Below, one piece after another: positions 27,339 to 34,434 of a stretch of DNA of 64,000 nucleotides (positions are counted from its first letter, which is position 1; every line of letters starts with the position of its first letter). Source of the stretch: a virus; the IMG/VR virus record IMGVR_UViG_3300034152_000556, positions 44,709 through 108,708 of that record; one strand, written 5' to 3'. The notes under the pieces are model-generated. The model had not been told where the DNA came from and did no database searches. It was given only the letters and a program-made list of their open reading frames with translations. Position numbers and translations under genes: made by a program.

Positions 27339-27895
27339 TTGCTTGCGTTCCCGTCTTCTGGTAATGTTACCAGCGTGAATTCATTATTAAACCAACACGC
27401 CATGTTACGGTTTAGCAAATCTGTTGATAGAAATTCTTTTATTGATGGATAGTCTGGTAATGCTGTTAGCGTTTCATCTTCTAATGTGATTGGATTGATT
27501 TTTCGAACCTTCGAGTCTGTAATTTCTCCGGTAATCAATTTTGGGTGTGGGCAATACACAATAACCAAACGATTTCCGACCATACGAAAAATCTCGTTTC
27601 GAAAAAAGTAGGTTTGTGTATCAAAGTCGTATGCAACGTTTTCTGCTTTCAACACACGATCAATAGATGTATGTTGTCTGCATAGAATACCTTCATCGGC
27701 TTTCGACTGACATTGTTCACAGTCGCTATGATCGACCTTGTATTTAATTCTTAATTCAAAATCTTTATCTGCGGCTTTTGAAAAATAGGTTAAAATTCTT
27801 CTTTTGTTCAATAGAAATTTAACTAGTGTAATGGGGTAAACCTCTACACCAAGCTTTTCTATGAACTTTTCAGTTTGAGTGTATCTGAGCATCAA
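27314..27895 (-). CDS. Hypothetical protein
   Basis: RBS-preceded ORF; CxxC...CxxH possible Zn site. Confidence 0.6.
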   Translation of the reverse strand: MMLRYTQTEKFIEKLGVEVYPITLVKFLLNKRRILTYFSKAADKDFELRIKYKVDHSDCEQCQSKADEGILCRQHTSIDRVLKAENVAYDFDTQTYFFRNEIFRMVGNRLVIVYCPHPKLITGEITDSKVRKINPITLEDETLTALPDYPSIKEFLSTDLLNRNMACWFNNEFTLVTLPEDGNASNWCLISNR

Positions 27896-27957
27896 ATAAC
27901 TCCTTCAATTACTTAAATTTTGTGCCAAAAAACGACAAAAAGCTGGCACTATATGTT

Positions 27958-28028
27958 TCACCCAGCTCGGTACTAACACAACTGTATTCACAAAGGAATA
28001 GAGCCGTGCTAGTAACCACGCTGGGTGA
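27958..28028 (-). other. Long imperfect hairpin (about 71 nt) in intergenic region
   Basis: Nested pairings on minus strand: TCACCCAGC/GCTGGGTGA, TACTAGCAC/GTGTTAGTA, TATTC/GAATA. Confidence 0.55.
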
Positions 28029-28049
28029 TTAGAGCTTTGCTTTAGACCG

Positions 28050-28235
28050 TTATTCAGTGCCACAGCTGTCATGATCGGAGTCATGTTGCTGTGACACGTA
28101 TTGTTTCCTAATGTAGTCGGAAACTTTAACACCTAAAAAGTCAGCGACTTTGATGAGGGTACTGGGAGATGATTTTCTCAGGTGATCTTCGATTCGCCGT
28201 CTCAACTTTTTTAGACTATTCGATTTATCTCCCAT
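28050..28235 (-). CDS. Small hypothetical protein
   Basis: GGAG RBS, ATG; follows ARPP-like gene. Confidence 0.55.
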   Translation of the reverse strand: MGDKSNSLKKLRRRIEDHLRKSSPSTLIKVADFLGVKVSDYIRKQYVSQQHDSDHDSCGTE

Positions 28236-28247
28236 TGTTACAACTCC

Positions 28248-29213
28248 TTACAGAACAATTGACATATAGACAGGTTCACCGTCTTGTTCGATGAGGTCAC
28301 CGCCCCCACCAGGAGTCTTAATCATCTTGACCGACACATTTCCATCTCTGTCAAGCTGGCTTACGTTGCTGACATCGATAGAGTTAAGCATTGGCAAGAT
28401 GCTTTCTTGAACCGTAGTTGAGAAGTCTTCAAGAATTTCTTTGACCTCTTCTGGTGTAGCGTCTGATGGAATGCTCGGAAGCACCAGAGCAGACTCTTGT
28501 AGACGACCCGATTTCTTCAAACGAATCATCTCAGCACCATAACAACCACGAATCAATAGTTGCCAATAACGCTGCCAATGCTCTTGCGATGGCATGATCT
28601 CCAAACCAACCGGTACGCCGCCGAACATAATCAGCGCACCAATCTGGCCCGGTACTGGCTCGAATTCAGCCGCAAACTCTTCAAGAGCTTCACGAATTTC
28701 TGGTCTGTCGTAGAAGTCACGTAGGTGTCCACGCGCACGACCACGAAAACCTGGAATTGAACCGATCCAGCGTGTGATACGATCCCAAAGCTTGCCATAG
28801 TCACTCTTTTGACGGAATTGACGATTCAGAAAAGCCTTTCTCAGTTCAACCGGTAGGATATCGTACTCGTTATCCTCACCTCTCAGATAGCCACCCTGAG
28901 ACGCTTCGATACAACATGCATTGTCGAAACGTTTGGTTTTCTTTGCTGAAACAACACCGCTTCCGCTCATAGCATGGTCTTGTGCGCCTTTTCCACGCAC
29001 CATGATGTTTGTAGGGATAATGGCAGGACGCTCAGGATCTTCGTTCTTGAACTCCATCGTACCGTAGTTTGTCGTTCTTTCGAACTTCAAAGAGGATGGC
29101 GATGCTACATTACCCCTCGCATCACCAACAATCGGTACAACAGTCATCTCGTTGACGATCTGAGCTTCGCCAACACCGATGTTATTGAATCTGAATTTCT
29201 CGAAGATTTTCAT
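28248..29213 (-). CDS. ARPP (DUF6569/ARPP-1 or ARPP-2)-like protein
   Basis: Recognised pattern Q...MTVVP...N....PAII....GAQDH...CIE..Q...LW..I...F.PVPGQIGA....G...GLE..P....W..L...Y; not database-verified. Confidence 0.55.
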   Translation of the reverse strand: MKIFEKFRFNNIGVGEAQIVNEMTVVPIVGDARGNVASPSSLKFERTTNYGTMEFKNEDPERPAIIPTNIMVRGKGAQDHAMSGSGVVSAKKTKRFDNACCIEASQGGYLRGEDNEYDILPVELRKAFLNRQFRQKSDYGKLWDRITRWIGSIPGFRGRARGHLRDFYDRPEIREALEEFAAEFEPVPGQIGALIMFGGVPVGLEIMPSQEHWQRYWQLLIRGCYGAEMIRLKKSGRLQESALVLPSIPSDATPEEVKEILEDFSTTVQESILPMLNSIDVSNVSQLDRDGNVSVKMIKTPGGGGDLIEQDGEPVYMSIVL

Positions 29214-29217
29214 AAGT

Positions 29218-30756
29218 TTATCCTCCTATAAGCTTTCGATATTTACTGACCAAAAGTTTTCTGACCATACCTGTATTTTCAATCATACGATTGAAGATCA
29301 GCTCGGTCTCCAAGTACTTGTAGTTTTCGACAGGCATTGGGTCTACACCTTCAGCCAGCTTTCTGCCAGTTCCCTTTTTCGCATCAGCGGAAAACACAGG
29401 GTTAATATGGAGAAGTTCAAACTCGTACCCTGTGTCTTGGAAATGTTGATAAGCTTTGTCAAACATTCCCTTTACGGCGTTTTCGTAACCGTCTGAAAAT
29501 ACGACGATCTTTTTGGCTCCTGTTAGAACAGCGTCTACCAAGCCTCTCCATAGAGGTGAACCACCAGCAGGGTAAACCACTTGATGTGACCCTTCTTTAA
29601 TCACCGCTCCACCAACATAGATTATGTCTTTCACGTTATCCAATGTTGATATAATTGAAAGCGATGTCAAAAATGGGTGCAGTGGTCTTTCCTTACTACC
29701 TTGCATCGAGTGCGAAGCATCGAGAATACATACACATTCACCAATGTCGATCTTATCGATCTTTGCACCTTGCTTGTCGATTGCATCAGAGACTTTGTCG
29801 AGGTCTTTCTTTCCACCGTTTGCAATCTGATGGTAGAAGTACTTCCACAAATCGTACAAGTCCTGTTTTTCATAATCGACTTTCACTTTGGCTCCGGCCT
29901 TCTTGCTTGCTGTTTGCATTTGCAGCTTTTCACGATCACTCATTTTTGATTTTTCGTATACATCTTTCAAAGGTATGTTCACTTTGTAAAGGTTACGAAA
30001 ACCAACAACGGTTCTCATAGGCATACCCTTCATAAGGGTTCGAAATGCATCGACATCGTTGGCGATTGCTGCCTGTTTAAGCTTTTGGTATTGATCTATT
30101 TTTGGATAGTGGTAGGTGATATCACTAGCAACCGTATCCACGCCAAACAGATGCCACATGACAGGCTGTGCGCCACTTTGATAACGACCGATGTACTTTC
30201 TGAACAAGGCTTCGTCTCCATTCAGAACTTTGAACAGTGTTTGTTTGCCAAGGGCATGTCTCACGAGACGTTTCATTTTACCCTTGTAGTTCACTGCCAG
30301 TGCATCGGTTTCTTTTGGCGGACGGTTGAAAATGTACTCAAGAATCAACTTACGTGTACGAGCGTTGTTGACTCTCTTTGCGTTTGAGTCCGCACCAGCC
30401 AGAATCAGAAGGTTTTTCATAGCGTCTGGCACTTTTTCTTTGGCAAGATTGTGGTAGATGACCCTGCGTTCAAAATCAGAATCGAGCAGTGTGTCTTCAA
30501 CAACCAAATCTTTACCGGAACCCGTTGGCGCAGGGTTCGACAAGAGCATATGTGTCATCATACCCTTGCTGAATCGCGTTCCGTTCAACAGCATGGTCAG
30601 AGCGAACAGCACACGGTCATACTGAAACAACCCGTTCCACATCTCAAAAACACGATTGAATTGCGCGTCTTTTCCTTCGTAATAGGCTCCCTTCGGTACG
30701 TATTGAAGGATTCCACTGTCAATCTTTGTAACTGATTTTGTCACTGATTTCGCCAT
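29218..30756 (-). CDS. Ro60/TROVE-like protein: helical N-terminal region plus C-terminal vWA (MIDAS) domain
   Basis: vWA MIDAS DASHS...SDG clearly present. About 340-aa basic, helical-looking N-terminal region; 512-aa size and architecture match Ro60/Rsr. TROVE identity is inferred. Confidence 0.55.
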   Translation of the reverse strand: MAKSVTKSVTKIDSGILQYVPKGAYYEGKDAQFNRVFEMWNGLFQYDRVLFALTMLLNGTRFSKGMMTHMLLSNPAPTGSGKDLVVEDTLLDSDFERRVIYHNLAKEKVPDAMKNLLILAGADSNAKRVNNARTRKLILEYIFNRPPKETDALAVNYKGKMKRLVRHALGKQTLFKVLNGDEALFRKYIGRYQSGAQPVMWHLFGVDTVASDITYHYPKIDQYQKLKQAAIANDVDAFRTLMKGMPMRTVVGFRNLYKVNIPLKDVYEKSKMSDREKLQMQTASKKAGAKVKVDYEKQDLYDLWKYFYHQIANGGKKDLDKVSDAIDKQGAKIDKIDIGECVCILDASHSMQGSKERPLHPFLTSLSIISTLDNVKDIIYVGGAVIKEGSHQVVYPAGGSPLWRGLVDAVLTGAKKIVVFSDGYENAVKGMFDKAYQHFQDTGYEFELLHINPVFSADAKKGTGRKLAEGVDPMPVENYKYLETELIFNRMIENTGMVRKLLVSKYRKLIGG

Positions 30757-30835
30757 CTTACAATCCTCCTCTTAAAATTTCGACGTAGGACCCTGATAGC
30801 CAATTTTTTCGGATGAAACAAAAATTAGCCATTCA

Positions 30836-30917
30836 GTCTTAGTCGAGTGAATGGTGGTAGGTGTGGCTCATTGATTATTAGTAAATCTGAAGCCACACCA
30901 AGTCCATAAACTAAGAC
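30836..30917 (-). ncRNA. Array unit 6: carrier-helix RNA with short AU-rich insert
   Basis: GTCTTAGT..ATGG-ACTT-GGTGTGGCT-TCAG...AGCCACACC-TACCA-CCAT..ACTAAGAC. Confidence 0.6.
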
Positions 30918-31002
30918 GACATCAATTCGTGATAGAAGGTCGCGGAGACGCTTAGCGACTCCCCACCATCTTCACGGTCAACGCCGCCGTGCATACTGGT
31001 GT

Positions 31003-31093
31003 GGGGTGAGGTGAGTGTACCTCACAGGACGCCGTGCTAATCTAGCGTTGGCGCCCAGTGCAAACCTGAGCGGAAGATACACTCAGTCACCCC
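31003..31093 (-). ncRNA. Array unit 5: carrier-helix RNA with hairpin insert (possible UUG anticodon-like loop)
   Basis: GGGGTG-ACT-GAGTGTAT-CTTCCG...GTACACTC-ACCT-CACCCC; insert hairpin CGCTCAG-GTTTGCA-CTGGGCG. Confidence 0.55.
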
Positions 31094-31102
31094 GAGAAGT
31101 AA

Positions 31103-31229
31103 GCGAGAGTAGCAATGTAGCGTGTTGTGTTTGACCATCCCCCCGTAGGTGGGGGGAGTAGGACTCGAACCTACAGTGTCATGCTCCCAATGCATGTGTC
31201 TTTTCCTGAAACCACATTAAGTCTCTCGC
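31103..31229 (-). ncRNA. Array unit 4: carrier-helix RNA with tRNA-Pro(UGG)-like anticodon arm and T arm
   Basis: GCGAGAG-ACTT-AATGTGGT...CATGC-ATTGGGA-GCATG...GTAGG-TTCGAGT-CCTAC, extra hairpin TCCCCCC/GGGGGGA...GCTACATT-GCTA-CTCTCGC. Confidence 0.75.
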
Positions 31230-31271
31230 AAATTGTGAATACGGGGTGATCAGGCCCCGGGGCTTTAATAA

Positions 31272-31367
31272 GGGAGATAGAATATGTAGCTTGTGTGATA
31301 CTTGTACCTGTCAATGGTAGGTACGAGAGTTACAGTCTCGTTATCTGAAACTACATAAAGTTCTCCC
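31272..31367 (-). ncRNA. Array unit 3: carrier-helix RNA with tRNA-Tyr(GUA)-like anticodon stem-loop
   Basis: GGGAGA-ACTT-TATGTAGT...CGAGA-CTGTAAC-TCTCG...GCTACATA-TTCTA-TCTCCC. Confidence 0.7.
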
Positions 31368-31377
31368 GAAAAAACAA

Positions 31378-31481
31378 AGTGGAGTAGCAATGTACTAAGA
31401 TGGGACTTGAACCCACAACATACTGTTTATAAGACAGTTGCTCTACCAGTTGAGCTACGGAAAGCACATTTAGTCTCCACT
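31378..31481 (-). ncRNA. Array unit 2: carrier-helix RNA with tRNA-Ile(UAU)-like D, anticodon and T arms; no acceptor stem or CCA
   Basis: AGTGGAG-ACTA-AATGTGCT...TA-GCTC-AACTGGTA-GAGC-A-ACTGT-CTTATAA-ACAGT..GTGGG-TTCAAGT-CCCAT...AGTACATT-GCTA-CTCCACT. Confidence 0.8.
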
Positions 31482-31489
31482 GAAAAAAG

Positions 31490-31600
31490 AAAGGTAGTGA
31501 GAAATGTAGCTGTAAGGCGGATTTGAACCGCGTCTCTCCTTGGGCATAGGAGTGATGTACCAAACATCACTGAAACAGAAACTACATTAAGTCTACCTTT
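31490..31600 (-). ncRNA. Array unit 1: carrier-helix RNA with tRNA-Gly(GCC)-like D, anticodon and T arms; no acceptor stem or CCA
   Basis: AAAGGTAG-ACTT-AATGTAGT...GATG-TTTGGTA-CATC..CTCCT-ATGCCCA-AGGAG..GCGG-TTCAAAT-CCGC...GCTACATT-TCTCA-CTACCTTT. Confidence 0.75.
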
Positions 31601-31645
31601 ATAATTGTAAAAAATTAAGCGTCAGAAATTATTACTATTTGTAAT

Positions 31646-31660
31646 TAATATATATAGATG
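31646..31660 (-). promoter_or_regulatory. Candidate phage promoter motif CATCTATATATATTA (copy 1)
   Basis: Identical 15-mer at 46204-46218; lies about 45 nt upstream of the first RNA unit. Confidence 0.5.
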
Positions 31661-31676
31661 TGTGTTTTATAAATGA

Positions 31677-31934
31677 TTAGGTCAAATCGAGTTTGACAGG
31701 TGTTCGATAGTCATCTAGGTCCAATAATAGCTTTTTTCCCTCGTAGCTGTCAAGAGCATTTTTAATTAAATTTTTCGCACTAGATGGCATCATGGGGTCA
31801 GTCTTTAAAAGCTGAATCCCACCCTTGAAAGAAATCGAAACACCATCTGCTGTTTCACTTACATCAAGCATTTCTGATCTGTCAACAGTTAAATTAAAAC
31901 TGCCATTTTTTCTTGTAATCACTAAATCAGCCAT
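31677..31934 (-). CDS. Hypothetical protein
   Basis: ORF with RBS; no motif. Confidence 0.55.
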   Translation of the reverse strand: MADLVITRKNGSFNLTVDRSEMLDVSETADGVSISFKGGIQLLKTDPMMPSSAKNLIKNALDSYEGKKLLLDLDDYRTPVKLDLT

Positions 31935-31938
31935 TCGT

Positions 31939-32541
31939 TCATTCCTCTCCTAAATGATATTTAATGGTAGGTATGATTCTTTTTGATTTTTCACGAAACC
32001 ACTGAATCATATTTGTACGTGTATTTGTTCCAAGAAATTGTGTTATCATCCCGTTATAGTTGAACGAATCAATCTGATCTTCAATTTCTAGTATAATATT
32101 GTTCTCACTTTTTTCGATGAAAGTGTCCAAATCTTTCGGGAAACGATCCGTAACAAATTTCCAAACTCTCACTAAAAAATCCTCGTGATCATATTCGTAG
32201 AATTTTACAAATTCATAAAACTCTTCAATTTCTTGTTCACTAGTAAAATCTATGTTTTCATTAAACTCAAAATCATAAATTTCATTTACTTTTTCCATCA
32301 TTGCAATGCAAAGCATCTTTTGTTTTTCATAATCATTTTCTCTTTGCATTATATCAAAAACGCTAAGAAATTCATTTTTGAAATCGTCTTTACCCATAGC
32401 ACTAACAATAATTTGAAAATAATATTGCCTTAGCGCATCTTCCTCAGCGAGTTCATCCTCTTGATAATCATCTAAATCCTCTTCTGGTAGTGGGAGTGAA
32501 TTCCCAAGAAGAATCTTAGTTTGTGCGTCAATCTCGAACAT
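31939..32541 (-). CDS. Acidic hypothetical protein
   Basis: Coupled to upstream gene; no motif. Confidence 0.6.
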   Translation of the reverse strand: MFEIDAQTKILLGNSLPLPEEDLDDYQEDELAEEDALRQYYFQIIVSAMGKDDFKNEFLSVFDIMQRENDYEKQKMLCIAMMEKVNEIYDFEFNENIDFTSEQEIEEFYEFVKFYEYDHEDFLVRVWKFVTDRFPKDLDTFIEKSENNIILEIEDQIDSFNYNGMITQFLGTNTRTNMIQWFREKSKRIIPTIKYHLGEE

Positions 32542-34424
32542 TAGTTCAATACCTTTTGTAGTCGTTTGAATTGAGGTTTGGTCAATCTTCGTTTATCCAT
32601 AACCTTAATCATCTGTTTCACATCTTTCAGCTCTTCTTCAGCATATTGTCTTAATTTAGATGTAACTTGATAGCATTTTTCTTTATGTTTATTATATTTG
32701 CAGAATTCTTCATCTCCGGTTTTCTTGATAAGCTTAATTGTATTGACCAAAAATCTTTCTCGTGCTTCATAGACACATCTTGTTAATTTTGGTCGATCAA
32801 CATATTCTTGATATTCAATTTTGTCTTGAATACGACCATAATTATCTTGTGTTCTTGATCGCGTTGCCACCTCTCCACTGAAAGTTCTCTGACACAAGTC
32901 GATTTCATGATCAAATTTATTAATTAGCTTTGCGAACTCTGGGTGCTTAGATATACCGCTTTCATATGTAGATGCTAGCCAAGCCAATGCACCAAAGATT
33001 AGAAAATATGCACCCATGATAATAAAGAATGGATCAATCTCACTGATAAGCTCTTGGTGCTCTAAATAATTTTTAATTGTCTCGTTTTCTTTCACAACTC
33101 CTCCTGTATAACCCACAATAACATGAACCATCTCACGCCAACCAATCGGATTACCGATTCGGGCATCAACAGCAGATTTGAAGCCTCTAAATGTTACATT
33201 TATGCTTGGATCATTTCTATATAAAAGTTTAATATAATTAAATACTTCTTCTTTGATTTTATTGTCAACTTTTGGATTTACAAACTTGTAAAGATTATCA
33301 AGAGATATCAGAATTTGTTTAGAATCAAATTTAACTTCGTATGCTGGTGCTCTACTTAGAAGTGCATAATCTATATCTCTTTTATTTAAATTTGTTATAA
33401 TGATCACTTGACCTTTGAATTCGAATTTTTCAGGTAAACCAGATTCAGGTGGGCCACCATCTCCATAGGTCTGAATCATCTTCTCTCTTGGTAAAGAAAC
33501 GATTCGCTTTTCGTAAGTATCGGTCACAGATTTTAGCAAGTTGATTGTATCTGGGTTTTGTAAAGGTGTATCGAAGTCATCTAATACTAAAATCTTATTT
33601 CTGTGTCTATAAAGAAGAGCAAAAGTGCCAGGCAGACCAAGCGTTGCGCCCTTCTCAATAACATATTGTCTTTTTGGAAGCAATCCTTTAAAATGAAATG
33701 TTCGTCTAAGAGTATATGTCTTTGACATTCCCGGTGGCCCACAGATAATAAGAGCGTTAGCGCGACCATCTATGATGTGTTCAATATATTGAACAAGACC
33801 ATCGAACATTGCAAATCCCGGTTCGTTGCTAGCTTGACCATAGAATAATTCTTGATTTATTTTATGTTCAGCTGCGCTTTCAATATAATATTCAGAAACG
33901 AAATTAATTAACTTTTTCATCAGAATGTAAAATTTCATGATAAATGGTAAAGCAATCAATATACCATAAAAAACCATGAGGACTTTCACAAAAGGATCAG
34001 CCTCTTTCCAAGTATCAATAAAAATTTGAATTCCTGGAATTTCTGTTATGACTTCTCTTCGTTGAAGTTCTTTTAGAGCATATCTCATCTCTGATTCTTT
34101 CATCATACGAGGAAGTTTATATTTAGTTGTTCTAAGATACTCGCTAACGAATTCAACAAACTTCTCTTTATCCATATCCTTGAATTGTATCTGAAAGGCT
34201 AGACGTAATCTCAAGTCGTACACATCCATAGAGTGAAGTGTATTAAATGCTGCTGTCTTTGAAGAAAACCCTAACATTCTCGGTCCTTTTGCTGTATGAA
34301 AGAAATAACGAACCTGAAAGAGCTTTCCAGACTTCTTAGTTTGATATGTATCTATTCCAGGTATACGAATGATCTTCTTTACACCAGGAAATCTAATTGA
34401 TTGTAAATTTAATATGAATTTCAT
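32541..34424 (-). CDS. Membrane-associated AAA+/P-loop ATPase with C-terminal Cys-containing domain
   Basis: GPPGMSKT, LVLDDFD, IIITN, ALLSR; two hydrophobic segments flank the ATPase domain. Confidence 0.7.
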   Translation of the reverse strand: MKFILNLQSIRFPGVKKIIRIPGIDTYQTKKSGKLFQVRYFFHTAKGPRMLGFSSKTAAFNTLHSMDVYDLRLRLAFQIQFKDMDKEKFVEFVSEYLRTTKYKLPRMMKESEMRYALKELQRREVITEIPGIQIFIDTWKEADPFVKVLMVFYGILIALPFIMKFYILMKKLINFVSEYYIESAAEHKINQELFYGQASNEPGFAMFDGLVQYIEHIIDGRANALIICGPPGMSKTYTLRRTFHFKGLLPKRQYVIEKGATLGLPGTFALLYRHRNKILVLDDFDTPLQNPDTINLLKSVTDTYEKRIVSLPREKMIQTYGDGGPPESGLPEKFEFKGQVIIITNLNKRDIDYALLSRAPAYEVKFDSKQILISLDNLYKFVNPKVDNKIKEEVFNYIKLLYRNDPSINVTFRGFKSAVDARIGNPIGWREMVHVIVGYTGGVVKENETIKNYLEHQELISEIDPFFIIMGAYFLIFGALAWLASTYESGISKHPEFAKLINKFDHEIDLCQRTFSGEVATRSRTQDNYGRIQDKIEYQEYVDRPKLTRCVYEARERFLVNTIKLIKKTGDEEFCKYNKHKEKCYQVTSKLRQYAEEELKDVKQMIKVMDKRRLTKPQFKRLQKVLN

Positions 34425-34434
34425 CGTCTCTCCT

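Noticed and set aside
31351-31563. 70-aa minus-strand ORF in the ORF track
   Set aside because: Overlaps two structured tRNA-like units, starts at TTG with no convincing RBS, and has no protein-like features; better explained as non-coding.
31378-31600. Canonical tRNA-Ile(UAU) and tRNA-Gly(GCC) genes
   Set aside because: D, anticodon and T arms are present, but positions 1-7 and 66-72 do not pair and there is no CCA end. Reported as ncRNA units instead.
30836-31600. CRISPR array
   Set aside because: No identical direct repeats with uniform spacers; the units are inverted-repeat structures with covariation. No cas operon is present.
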